A stretch of DNA of 64,000 bases, from assembly GCA_965217115.1 (NCBI GenBank), contig OZ244239.1, positions 352,001-416,000 on the forward strand. Direction: 5' to 3'. Below, in pieces: positions 30,362 to 40,169 of the stretch (its first letter is position 1; the number at the start of each line of letters is the position of its first letter). The stretch comes from Bdellovibrionales bacterium. GTDB lineage: Bacteria > Bdellovibrionota > Bdellovibrionia > Bdellovibrionales > CAYMLA01. The translations under genes and the position numbers were made by a program. The notes under the pieces were generated by a model that ran no database searches, was not told the origin of the DNA, and was given only the letters and a program-made list of their open reading frames with translations.

Positions 30362-31603
30362 CTACTTATCGCCAGAGACACTTTGATCAATCACCGCAGC
30401 ACCCACAGAGTCTGACCATACATTGGTTGCCGTACGAGCCATATCGACCACTCGATCCACAGCCCAAATCATTCCCGTCGCCTCCAGAGGCAAGCCAACG
30501 GCCTGCAAGATGATAACCATCATCACCAATCCCGCATGGGGTATTCCCGCCGCTCCAACCGAAACCAGCAGAGCTGTAAATAATACCAGTATCTGTGAAC
30601 CCAATGACAAATCCACATTCATCACCTGGGCAATAAAAAGAACTGCCACGCCCTCGTACAGTGCAGTGCCATCCATGTTCACCGTCGCTCCCAAGGGCAA
30701 GACCATTGAAGAAATCTTACGGGACACCTTTCCCTTCTTCTCCACACATTCCATGGTCAAAGGCAAAGTCGCAGCACTCGATGCCGAAGAAAAGGCCGTC
30801 AAAAGAGCTGGAGACATTTGGCTCATGTAAGAGTAGCTATTCCTGCCAGTGAATATTTTGTAAATAAGTGGCAGAACAATAAAGAAGTGAATCGCCAACG
30901 CCGACATAACTGCAATCATATATTTAGATAAAGGAATAAAAGCTTCAAATCCAGTATTGGCAACCAATTTACTCAACAAACAAAAGACCCCAATAGGTGC
31001 CAAATTAATAACTGCATCAACAAGCTTCATTATTATCTCATACACAGCTTGAAAGAAATTGCTCATCGTCTCCTGAGGTTTCCCTCCGACCTTTAAAGTA
31101 AAGACAGCAAAGATAATTGTAAAAAAGATAATTCCCATCATGTCCATAGAAGCTAAGGCTTGAAATGGATTTGTCGGAACGATGCGCGCCAAAATATCAA
31201 AAATAGAATCTGGAGGAGTCACTTTTTTTACCGCATCCCCCAAGGAGATATTAGCACCAACACCAGGCTGCAATAAATTCACAACCAAAAGACCCACTGA
31301 AATTGAAATCAAGCTCGTAAATAAATAATAAATAGCTGTGCGTCCACCGATTCTTCCCAGGTCTTTTGTCGAGGAGATATTACAGACACCCACAAATAAC
31401 GAACTCACAACCATCGGCACAATACACATTTTCAAAAGTTTAATAAAGACCGTTGCTCCCAGAGAAAGGGCATAGATAATTTGCTCCTTTGCTCCTCCTA
31501 AAAAACCACTCTGGGCTAATCCTCCAACCACAACTCCCAATACAAGGGCTATTAATATTTTCCAATGAAGAGCCAAACCTGATTTACCTAAGCTGTTACC
31601 CAT
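30362..31603 (-). CDS. Dicarboxylate/amino acid:cation symporter (GltP/DctA family)
   Basis: AFSSASSAATLP, LGATVNMDGT, DMARTATNV.SD. Confidence 0.95.
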   Translation of the reverse strand: MGNSLGKSGLALHWKILIALVLGVVVGGLAQSGFLGGAKEQIIYALSLGATVFIKLLKMCIVPMVVSSLFVGVCNISSTKDLGRIGGRTAIYYLFTSLISISVGLLVVNLLQPGVGANISLGDAVKKVTPPDSIFDILARIVPTNPFQALASMDMMGIIFFTIIFAVFTLKVGGKPQETMSNFFQAVYEIIMKLVDAVINLAPIGVFCLLSKLVANTGFEAFIPLSKYMIAVMSALAIHFFIVLPLIYKIFTGRNSYSYMSQMSPALLTAFSSASSAATLPLTMECVEKKGKVSRKISSMVLPLGATVNMDGTALYEGVAVLFIAQVMNVDLSLGSQILVLFTALLVSVGAAGIPHAGLVMMVIILQAVGLPLEATGMIWAVDRVVDMARTATNVWSDSVGAAVIDQSVSGDK

Positions 31604-31703
31604 ATACCCTCACTCCTTTCCGCCCATGCGTTCGTTTAGCATTAAGACTAAATTATAAGAAAGGCTTGGACAAGAAAAAACAAAAAAGAGAGAGCCGAAC
31701 GCT

Positions 31704-32810
31704 TCATTCTCCAGAGCTTGAGGACCATCGGCCAATCTCAATTTCAGGACCTAAAACAGTTCCTCTAAGGGAAAAATTGACGCCATTTCCATTCCCATTA
31801 ACAGCTGCACCTGGCAATCCTCCGTAGGACCCAGAGCCTTTTTGCCCTAAATTCCCACCCGGGTTTCCAGGACTGTAACAACTGGACTGATCATCCCTAT
31901 AACCACAGGTCTCTTCCACCCACTGGGCAGTCCCCCCACCTGAACTATTGGTGCCACTCACCCCAGAAGTGCGACTCGTAAAGTTATTTTGATCACCACA
32001 ATTATCTAATATTGCACCACCACCAGCGCCGCCAGGATAACCTGCTCCACCACTGCCGCCATGGCCTCCCGTTGTGCAGGAAGAACTTCCCTGGCTAACA
32101 GCCAAGCCTCCGGTGCCACCACCGCCACCGCCATAAATACGCCCGTAATTATTAATTGTCAGAGGGACAGAGGTTTCAATCGCAACTCCTCCATCGCCCG
32201 GTTTTTTTAAATTGCTCGACGTGTAGGCAGCACCACCCTGGCCGCCTTTACCAGAAATTGTTCCTAGATTGACAATGTTCACTTCAGAACCCCTCGGAAG
32301 ATCCCCCGTCGCAAACGCCGCAACACCGGTGCTCTCTGAACCTAGGTTCACATCTACACCCACAATAATCGTGTATCTAGCTTTTAAGCTATGTCCAAAA
32401 TGATCATGTACATTGAAGTTTTGTGTGTGGGAATCAATTTGGTACTGGTGATAATCTTGCTGTCCATAGTTGTTCTCATACCCAGAGCGTTCACCACTCC
32501 CACTCGATGAATCGCCAAACGATGAACCACTCCCACTCGATGAACTGCCAGACGATGAATCGCCAAACGATGAACCACTTCCACTCGATGAACTGCCAAA
32601 CGATGAATCACCAAACGATGAATCACCAAACGATGACCCACTTCCCCCTGATGAGGACGCAGACGACAAATAGGAACAGCCACTGCCCTCACATTCATCC
32701 AATAATTCCTCAGGGACATAAGACCCACAGTTCTCAAATAAAACGACACAAACCGACATTCCTAGCAAAATAAAGAAGATTCGAATATTATGTCGCTTAT
32801 TTATACCCAC
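31704..32810 (-). CDS. Exported Gly/Ser-rich protein with polyglycine (gp38-like) C-terminal domain
   Basis: Leader ending LFENC, Ser/Gly tandem repeat (about 32490-32650), then GKGGQGG...GG.AI...INNYGRIYGGGGGG. Confidence 0.75.
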   Translation of the reverse strand: MGINKRHNIRIFFILLGMSVCVVLFENCGSYVPEELLDECEGSGCSYLSSASSSGGSGSSFGDSSFGDSSFGSSSSGSGSSFGDSSSGSSSSGSGSSFGDSSSGSGERSGYENNYGQQDYHQYQIDSHTQNFNVHDHFGHSLKARYTIIVGVDVNLGSESTGVAAFATGDLPRGSEVNIVNLGTISGKGGQGGAAYTSSNLKKPGDGGVAIETSVPLTINNYGRIYGGGGGGTGGLAVSQGSSSCTTGGHGGSGGAGYPGGAGGGAILDNCGDQNNFTSRTSGVSGTNSSGGGTAQWVEETCGYRDDQSSCYSPGNPGGNLGQKGSGSYGGLPGAAVNGNGNGVNFSLRGTVLGPEIEIGRWSSSSGE

Positions 32811-32916
32811 TAAATCCCCTCCCCACAGCGAATCACTCTCTATTATATCGCGACTAATAGGAGATAAGAAAATCTATTTGTTGCTTTGTTGCAAAATGAA
32901 ACACTTAAGAGTGTTT

Positions 32917-34263
32917 TTAGAGGGTAAAGGTGAAGTCATCCACCAACATGCCAGGGCAACGACTGCCACCAATTCCCCTCTCACCATAGGTCATGTTTTC
33001 GGGGTGTGTCTCAGAAAAATGAGTTAAGTCCACTAATTTTTCTCCCCAAAATTGAAAATAACTCTCATCAAAACGGAGATCTTTGATAGGAGCGATAACT
33101 TCTCCATCTTCAACCCAAAAACAAGCGTAACGAGTCATGCCCGTAACCCGTGCTCCCATAATATTAGACCAATTCAGGTAATGTAAATTAGACAGATACA
33201 ACCCCGTCCCTAATTTATTTAGAATATCATCTTTACTCAAACTCCCCGCACCTAAAACAGGGGAGCGCATCATCTCTCTAGCATTGGCATAATTGGTTTC
33301 AATACTAAACTCTTTGGCTGTTTTTCTAGAAGTGAGTAACTGTAAGTTTCGTCCTTTTTCAATCAGAGTCGTTTTTTCATTAAACATTTCTCCGAGTTCA
33401 TTAAATCTCTCACTCATACCAAGAGAGAAGTCCTCATAAATATTTATTCTACTATTAAATGTCCTATTCCCCTTGAAAATATCTGTTAGCGCGCAGTGCC
33501 CCTGCTCATAGGCAGATCGACTCATTCCGCCCCAAGATAATATTCGAAGTAGGTCATTAACCGCACTCGGGGTAAAATAAGTTTTATAATTTCCCCGAGG
33601 AATTTTCATCCTAGGTCGCTTCATTAACTGTAATGACTCACTCGTCTCCTTGATCTTCTCTCTATAAATATCTTGTTCCCAGTTGGTCCCTGCATAGGCC
33701 CCTTTAGCCGCATTTTGCGAAGAATCATAGAGAGAATAATCCACGGAGAAATTCTCTGATTCAAACCAATGATACTGCCCCTCACTATTTGCACTGCCTC
33801 TAAATACAGGGCCTGATGTGAATATTCCAGCTGCATCTTCGTCTTTCATCTCTGAAAGGACACTGTGAATTATCTCTTCAGTCTCAAGGAGCTGACCTGA
33901 ATAACTCTCCCGACTATGATCGTTGTTCTTTGGGCGAATTAAAAATAAGTCCTCAGGTAAAGACTGGGCCCTCTTTCTCAAATCAAATAAAGCTTCCTTC
34001 CATTTGTTTTTATTTTGTTCAATACTCTCGGTAAAAGGAATTGCCATTCTCACTGTTTTATTGCCCTTAATAAACTCTATACTCAGTGAGCCCTGCTCCA
34101 CAAAAGTTGCTTGACGAACCTTAGAAGAGTTAAAACGCATGAAATAAGTTTTCTCAGCACTCAAGAACAGAGTACACATCTCATCTGCAATTAAATCAGA
34201 AAAAAAGGCTTCATGACATTTTTTAAACGTCTCTTCAATTCCTGTTAACTGAGATAGGCTCAC
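32917..34263 (-). CDS. tldE: TldE/PmbA family protein
   Basis: RFNSSKVRQ, GSANSEG, TGMTR...FWVEDG; coupled to tldD. Confidence 0.85.
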   Translation of the reverse strand: MSLSQLTGIEETFKKCHEAFFSDLIADEMCTLFLSAEKTYFMRFNSSKVRQATFVEQGSLSIEFIKGNKTVRMAIPFTESIEQNKNKWKEALFDLRKRAQSLPEDLFLIRPKNNDHSRESYSGQLLETEEIIHSVLSEMKDEDAAGIFTSGPVFRGSANSEGQYHWFESENFSVDYSLYDSSQNAAKGAYAGTNWEQDIYREKIKETSESLQLMKRPRMKIPRGNYKTYFTPSAVNDLLRILSWGGMSRSAYEQGHCALTDIFKGNRTFNSRINIYEDFSLGMSERFNELGEMFNEKTTLIEKGRNLQLLTSRKTAKEFSIETNYANAREMMRSPVLGAGSLSKDDILNKLGTGLYLSNLHYLNWSNIMGARVTGMTRYACFWVEDGEVIAPIKDLRFDESYFQFWGEKLVDLTHFSETHPENMTYGERGIGGSRCPGMLVDDFTFTL

Positions 34264-35699
34264 TCTGCACCACCAAAGATTTCTATATTCTTAAATAAAC
34301 AAGTTGGCGTGGCATGACCCACACGTATAACCTGATTCGGTTCCCCCTTCCCACAATAGGGTGAACCGTAGACTTTAAAAGTTTCACGATCTCCAACCAT
34401 TGAGAGGTTATTCCAAAATGGATTACTCACACCTCGATAATTAGGATTCTTAACAACCTTTGTTATTTCCCCGTTTTCAATCAATCGTCCATACTCGCAA
34501 CCAAATTGAAATTTATTACGGTAGTCATCGATAGACCAAGATTTATTCCTCATCATATAAACACCTCTTTGGATGGATGAAATCATTTCATCAAAAGAAG
34601 ATTCCCCTGGTTCAATATTGATATTCGCCATTCTATCTATAGGGGGACGATTCCAGAACTCTGTACGAGAACTAGCGACACCCGCAATCTGAGAACGGGC
34701 TTGACTCTCTAACCCCCCTATACCTCGTAAGAGTTTTCCTTCTTTAATAAGATATTCTCTCTTTGCGCGATCACCAGTATCATCAAATAAATAACTCGCC
34801 ATCTCGCCCTCAACAGTTGGGTCAAAGGTGACGTTGAGCAAGGGCGAACCATACTGTAGTTTTCCAAAGTCCTCTTTTTGCACAAAAGACCACCCTGCGT
34901 AATTTCTTTCATCACCCAGTATGCGATCCAACTCCAAGGGATGCCCTATGGACTCATGAATTTGTAAATAGAGTTGATCTGGGTGAAGCAAGAGGTCACA
35001 AGTCTCTGCCGGACACTCTTGAGCCTCAAGAAGTTCCACCGCCTCCTGGCCGACCCTTTTAGCTTCATCTGTCCACAAGGAGCGATCATAAACTTCCAAA
35101 CCCACTTGAGCCGTTCCATTACCGCCTGAACGAATTTGATTATCCACCCCATCGGTTGCGGTCGCTGAAATATTTAAATCATGCATTAAAAATCTCTGTT
35201 CAAAACAAGAACCACTGCTTGATACAAATTGAACTCGACGGTCAATTTCCATGGCGGCAGCCGCTGTTTCTTTAATGGCACTTCCGACTTTGAGCTGTCC
35301 ACTCACATCCATTAAGACATCAAATATCTCAGCCTCAGATAAGGAATCCACATCCTGTTTATAGGTCGAATTAAATTCTCCCTGAGCAGAAGGTCTCTGC
35401 CTCCCATCAAATTTGAACAGAGAGTATTTAGAGGCTCTCTTAGCTAATTGGCTGGCCTTTTCTGCAATATTCTTAATTCCATCGAAATCATCACTATCGG
35501 TCGCCCCGTAAGCAATTTGACCGTTGAGCATCACTTCAACCATTAGCCCTTGGCTATAGTATTTATTAAAATCATCCATCCGTTGATTACGAGCCACTCT
35601 TCTTGTCACGGTATTGTCGATCTTTCTTATGGAGAGCCAATCAGCTTCAACTTCGATCTTATCCAAGGTTTTTTTCAGGTGAGTCAGTTCTAAAGACAT
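34260..35699 (-). CDS. tldD: TldD metalloprotease
   Basis: HESIGHPLELDR motif, FDD.G, RMAN, CGKG. Confidence 0.93.
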   Translation of the reverse strand: MSLELTHLKKTLDKIEVEADWLSIRKIDNTVTRRVARNQRMDDFNKYYSQGLMVEVMLNGQIAYGATDSDDFDGIKNIAEKASQLAKRASKYSLFKFDGRQRPSAQGEFNSTYKQDVDSLSEAEIFDVLMDVSGQLKVGSAIKETAAAAMEIDRRVQFVSSSGSCFEQRFLMHDLNISATATDGVDNQIRSGGNGTAQVGLEVYDRSLWTDEAKRVGQEAVELLEAQECPAETCDLLLHPDQLYLQIHESIGHPLELDRILGDERNYAGWSFVQKEDFGKLQYGSPLLNVTFDPTVEGEMASYLFDDTGDRAKREYLIKEGKLLRGIGGLESQARSQIAGVASSRTEFWNRPPIDRMANINIEPGESSFDEMISSIQRGVYMMRNKSWSIDDYRNKFQFGCEYGRLIENGEITKVVKNPNYRGVSNPFWNNLSMVGDRETFKVYGSPYCGKGEPNQVIRVGHATPTCLFKNIEIFGGAE

Positions 35700-35735
35700 C
35701 CAAGGTTTCTAACAGAATAAAAGCACTAAATCAAC

Positions 35736-36131
35736 TTAATGGACTAAATAACGTGGTTGAAAAACAGCTAGCTGGAGCCCATTATAGGGAAGCATCTCTC
35801 TCGTATTACTTTCACACTGAACATCGAGTTTCTCCATCTCATCAGTCTCAAGATTTGTAATCTCTAATCCCCCATTCAAATCTTCTAAAAGGGACAACTT
35901 CATTTCAAAGGATTTAGAGTAATCAGACGTCACTCCCTCTATGATCAGATCAGAGCCTAACTTATAAACTTCAGAGATACGAAATCGATCTTTATTAATT
36001 TTAAGCGCGCTATTAACATATAAGAGCCCAGCAATAGAACTCTCCTCTTCATCTCCTGACCAACAATCTATGGCCAAAGAAGTATTGGATACAAGCATCA
36101 CCATCAAAATCGTTCCCATAAAATTTTTCAT
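35736..36131 (-). CDS. Small secreted hypothetical protein
   Basis: GAGGA SD; signal peptide MKNFMGTILMVMLVSNTSLA; two Cys. Confidence 0.75.
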   Translation of the reverse strand: MKNFMGTILMVMLVSNTSLAIDCWSGDEEESSIAGLLYVNSALKINKDRFRISEVYKLGSDLIIEGVTSDYSKSFEMKLSLLEDLNGGLEITNLETDEMEKLDVQCESNTREMLPYNGLQLAVFQPRYLVH

Positions 36132-36164
36132 ATCATTCCTCACTACGTTAATGTTTGTAGTAAA

Positions 36165-36180
36165 AGCATATTATGTGCCA
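36165..36180 (-). promoter_or_regulatory. Candidate sigma54 promoter
   Basis: Minus strand TGGCACATAATATGCT (GG-N10-GC). Confidence 0.6.
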
Positions 36181-36328
36181 ATTTCATATTAGACTGTCTT
36201 AGTTTGTATTGCCCCTGGGGCAGAAAACCTCTGCAAGACGGTTCCAGACTGTGTCCACGGGTAGTTCCAAAAGAGAACCAGAAGGAGAAAACCTAAAAAA
36301 AAACTCTTTCTTATATCCCTAGCCGAAC

Positions 36329-37633
36329 CTATTTCTCACTTGGGCTTTGATCATGACCCCTTATTTCTTCCATACCTGAACTCAGGTTCTTAAGGCGCTC
36401 GTGGAGCTTCTTCTTGAAGCTGTCATTTTCTTCTCCCGATTGGTGGGATTTCATAAAGTCATACTGTTCCTGATCAAACTGAAACAAACTCTGACCATCC
36501 TGGGATTTTATCAAACCCTTCTGCCGATGGGCCTTTATCTCCAATTTCAAATGGGCCATCTCCTTTTGAAGCTCTTCATTATGATCAGACAACTGTTTCT
36601 GAGAGACTGAGAAACTCTCTATCTTGGCCTGTAATTTTTTATTCTGAACAGAGATCCCTTCGAATTTTTCCTGCAATTCGAGAAAACCCTTCTTTTCCAG
36701 ATTTTGCTGATGGGAGAGTTCTTTTAAATTCTGACACTCATTGGTCATCTTTTGCAGACGACCTAAAACCAAATCTCTCTGCTCAACCAACTCTGATTTG
36801 ACATCGGCCCACTGTTTCTGACGCTCTCTAAGAACAAGGGTTCCTGCCTTTTTAGACTCTAAAGCAGCATTGAAATTATTACGACTCTCTACTGATTCCC
36901 TCTCTGTCTGTGCAAGACTCGAAGAGAGGAGACTGTTTTGCTCCTCAAGTTGCGACTTTGTCTCATTCCACTGTCTCTGTTTCTCTTCTAAAATAGCCAA
37001 GCCCACTTTTTTAGATTCTAATGCCGCCTTGAAGTTATCTTTACTCTCTAATAACTGGTTTTGTACCTCCGATAGACGACTCGATAATTTAGCCTTTTCC
37101 TCAACCAGATTTGTGCGCTCTCCATGGAACTTCAAATTTCTCTGGCTGTCATTTTCCCTCTCTTTTCTGATGCTTTTCATGTACTGAAAAATTCTCTGGC
37201 GATGCTTCCTAAGTCTTTCAAGCTCACCCTCAAGAGTCTTTAACTCTCTGGCATGGCGAGTCTCTTGACTATTTAAATCCTCTCGCAATGTCTCGCACTC
37301 CTTAGTGCGCTCCTCAAGTTTTTTCTCTTCCAGACGTAGAAGACTTAACGAATCCCTAAGACTATTATTCTCAGTCTCAATAGAGCTATAACGATTTTCA
37401 GCATGGTTCTTCTTCTCAGTCAGATTTCCCATCTGCATCTTAAGATCACAAACCTCTGTCTCCAGCTGTCCCAAACGCTTAATACTGCGATGGTAGGCCT
37501 GGGCCATATCCTTGGATCGCTGGATAAATTCACCCAAAAACGGAGGAGGTGTCTCCATGTCCAAATCTGTATTTTCTTCTTCTAAATTTACCTTGTTGTC
37601 CATCACCGCTCCATCGTTATTCACGCCCAACAA
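36329..37633 (-). CDS. Long coiled-coil protein with internal duplication
   Basis: E/K/Q/L-rich heptads; ES..NF.AALESKK.G...L.E.Q.QW occurs twice. Confidence 0.8.
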   Translation of the reverse strand: MLGVNNDGAVMDNKVNLEEENTDLDMETPPPFLGEFIQRSKDMAQAYHRSIKRLGQLETEVCDLKMQMGNLTEKKNHAENRYSSIETENNSLRDSLSLLRLEEKKLEERTKECETLREDLNSQETRHARELKTLEGELERLRKHRQRIFQYMKSIRKERENDSQRNLKFHGERTNLVEEKAKLSSRLSEVQNQLLESKDNFKAALESKKVGLAILEEKQRQWNETKSQLEEQNSLLSSSLAQTERESVESRNNFNAALESKKAGTLVLRERQKQWADVKSELVEQRDLVLGRLQKMTNECQNLKELSHQQNLEKKGFLELQEKFEGISVQNKKLQAKIESFSVSQKQLSDHNEELQKEMAHLKLEIKAHRQKGLIKSQDGQSLFQFDQEQYDFMKSHQSGEENDSFKKKLHERLKNLSSGMEEIRGHDQSPSEK

Positions 37634-37732
37634 ATAACCTCTGGAATAATAGTCTCGTAAATACCGATAAAGGTCCAGTTTTGATGCAAGCCTTCCGTGC
37701 GACGCGTCAACGCCGTCTGACCGCCCCTCTCT

Positions 37733-38122
37733 TTATTTGTCTGTAAAATCCCAAATATGAAATCCCCTCTCAGAAGCCTCATCCACACGATCTCTTTTAA
37801 TCAAGTAGACATTTGCATCCCCCGTGGAAATCCCACAGCGTGCTATTCTTATAAGACCATCATGTCTTCTCTCCGACTTAAACACTTTAATTCCCTCAAG
37901 CTCTTTCTCCATGGATTTCAAGGTCGATTCCTTCCCACTGTCAGAACAGCCGATCTTACCAGTGTATTTATAGATCCAAACACTTGCAGAAGAGTTGTCC
38001 AACACCTTTTGAGAAATAGCTCTACTCTTTTTTTCATAGCAATTCCCTGAAACACAGGACGTCGAAACAATCACGAGATACACAAGAAAGATAACTCTTT
38101 GAAAGAACATGGTTCGTGTCAC
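37733..38122 (-). CDS. Hypothetical lipoprotein
   Basis: Hydrophobic leader ending STSC; further Cys residues. Confidence 0.7.
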   Translation of the reverse strand: MTRTMFFQRVIFLVYLVIVSTSCVSGNCYEKKSRAISQKVLDNSSASVWIYKYTGKIGCSDSGKESTLKSMEKELEGIKVFKSERRHDGLIRIARCGISTGDANVYLIKRDRVDEASERGFHIWDFTDK

Positions 38123-39243
38123 CGGCCAGCAGATTTCTTTTTATGCAATAACTTCAGAGAAAATAAATTCCCTCCATTGGACATCAGGTAAACACTTCCA
38201 CCCTTTAACGCAGGAGTTGCCACTAGACCAAGTCCTGGAGAAAAACTCCCCCTCAAGGCTCCATTTGTTTTATCCATAAGGAGTAGACCTCTCTGAGAGC
38301 TTCCCACTAAAAGAAAAGACTTAAACAGCACAGGGGAAGTCAGCAGCCCCCCCTTCGTCTTCACTTCCCAATTTATCTTCCCCGTTTTTTTATTAGCACT
38401 TAAAACTGATCCTTCATTAGAAACCACATAAATCAGCTCACCTGAAAGGACAGGGGGGGAGTAAATACCTCGATGAATTTTCCACACAGTCGCACCTGAG
38501 GATGCCTTTAACTTGTACAGGCTACCATCAAAACCTCCAACATAAACAAATCCACCTTCAAGGAGAGGTTTTGCATCTATATCACGAAATTTATTTTGAG
38601 AGCCCAGACTCTTTTCCCAAATCACATCACCTGTTTCCTTATTCAAGGCGAGAAGATAACCATCACTAAAACCAATAAAGAGCTGCGCCCCCCAAATTGT
38701 TGGTGAGCTTGAACCGCGAATGGAAAAGAATGAGGGATCTTTTCGCGCATACACCCATCTCTTCTTTCCAGTTTTTTTATCTAAAGCATAGAGAACGCGG
38801 GCACTCGATTGAAAATAAACAGTCCCCCCTTCAATCAACGGCGCCGAAAACCCCTCGGCTCTCGTTAAAAAGCTCCATACCACTTCCCCTGTAGAGGCAA
38901 TAAGGCAATAAAAGAGACCATCATTTGCAGAAAAATACAGGCGATCTTCTGACACAACTCCCCCGCCTTCAACTCCTCCTGCAACGTTTTTTCTCCAAAC
39001 CTGAGAGCCGGACCGTCGGTCATAGGCAACAATTCCGTCGACTCCATTCCCCTGAATCACCAGGTTTTGATAAAACACGGGGCTCATATGATGGATGCCC
39101 TTGGTAGCCCTCCCCTCAAGAGTCGTTTTGCGCACCCAATTCTTATGAAAAGAGAGGGCCGATTCTGACAGGGGAAGCCCCTGGGAGATTGAACCTAAAA
39201 ACAGACAAAATAAAACTGTCAGCAACTCAAGTTGTCGTGTCAC
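38119..39243 (-). CDS. PQQ-like beta-propeller protein (BamB-like)
   Basis: Repeated AL...TG...W propeller motifs; directly follows the yfgM-like gene. Confidence 0.88.
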   Translation of the reverse strand: MTRQLELLTVLFCLFLGSISQGLPLSESALSFHKNWVRKTTLEGRATKGIHHMSPVFYQNLVIQGNGVDGIVAYDRRSGSQVWRKNVAGGVEGGGVVSEDRLYFSANDGLFYCLIASTGEVVWSFLTRAEGFSAPLIEGGTVYFQSSARVLYALDKKTGKKRWVYARKDPSFFSIRGSSSPTIWGAQLFIGFSDGYLLALNKETGDVIWEKSLGSQNKFRDIDAKPLLEGGFVYVGGFDGSLYKLKASSGATVWKIHRGIYSPPVLSGELIYVVSNEGSVLSANKKTGKINWEVKTKGGLLTSPVLFKSFLLVGSSQRGLLLMDKTNGALRGSFSPGLGLVATPALKGGSVYLMSNGGNLFSLKLLHKKKSAGR

Positions 39244-39261
39244 AAATAAACCGCCTTTCCA

Positions 39262-40059
39262 TTAGAGGGGAAGAGTTCTCAAATACTTATCCGCCATTTT
39301 ACTCATAGCCGAATCTTTTTTTTCACCCTTCACCTCTTCGTATAATTTTTTTGCCATTCCAAACTTTTTTAGAGACTCATAGCAAACACCCATCTTAAGA
39401 CGTGTCTGAGCCTGTAGAAACTTCCAATTCACTCTATTTAAAACTTCCTGCCATTGGGCAATAGCCTTATTGCACTGACCCCCTTGAGCGTAGAGATTAC
39501 CAACTTGAGCTGTCAATAACCCGTTAAAAAGCCCTTTGCCCTTTTTTTGCTTCTCAAAGAGGTTTATTTTCTTAAGACCAACCCCAGCCTGGCTATACTC
39601 GTTATATAAATCTATCATATTAATCGCTGCCAACTGGCTCGCCACAGTGCCTTGATGTTTTTTCATTAAATCTTCTAGCCGTGTCAGTTCACGGCCATAG
39701 TCTTTTTGCAAATCCCCAGAGGCCGACACAAACTTTTTCTCTGCCTTGTTTTTCTTTAGCTTGTTTTTCTTTGGTTTGTTCTTCTCTGCCTCTTCCTGCT
39801 GAAGTTTTGCATTTAAGAAGCCAGATTTTTTCTTGATAAGACTCTTCTCCACTTGAAAGTAATCTTCTTGCGCGCTCTCTTCGATACTGCTTTGATAAAA
39901 ATCATTGCCAGTAATAAAGACGCCTGAAATAACAAGAATGGCACCCACAGCCTTAACCAATCCAGAGTTCTGCTCTATCTTCTTCCCCAAAAAACCCATG
40001 AGTCTTCTAAAAACATCAGGCTCTCTGATCTCTTTTTTTGTTAGTTTTTTTTTACCCAT
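39262..40059 (-). CDS. YfgM-like membrane-anchored TPR protein
   Basis: K.I.EPD.F N-terminus, one TM, C-terminal TPRs. Confidence 0.8.
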   Translation of the reverse strand: MGKKKLTKKEIREPDVFRRLMGFLGKKIEQNSGLVKAVGAILVISGVFITGNDFYQSSIEESAQEDYFQVEKSLIKKKSGFLNAKLQQEEAEKNKPKKNKLKKNKAEKKFVSASGDLQKDYGRELTRLEDLMKKHQGTVASQLAAINMIDLYNEYSQAGVGLKKINLFEKQKKGKGLFNGLLTAQVGNLYAQGGQCNKAIAQWQEVLNRVNWKFLQAQTRLKMGVCYESLKKFGMAKKLYEEVKGEKKDSAMSKMADKYLRTLPL

Positions 40060-40169
40060 AACACACCTCACTTTTCTAAAGAAATGCTATAAAGATGTCA
40101 GGGCTAAGTCAATCTTACATAAAACCGCTGGCGGGTTTAAATCAAGAACCTCAGCTGAACTCTTTTTGA

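Noticed and set aside
29981..31700. Fluoride riboswitch for crcB
   Set aside because: crcB abuts the symporter stop, and no riboswitch consensus is seen upstream of either gene.
31704..35699. TldD/E plus Gly/Ser-rich ORF as a microcin B17-like RiPP locus
   Set aside because: The ORF is 368 aa with an export leader, and no YcaO or dehydrogenase genes are present.
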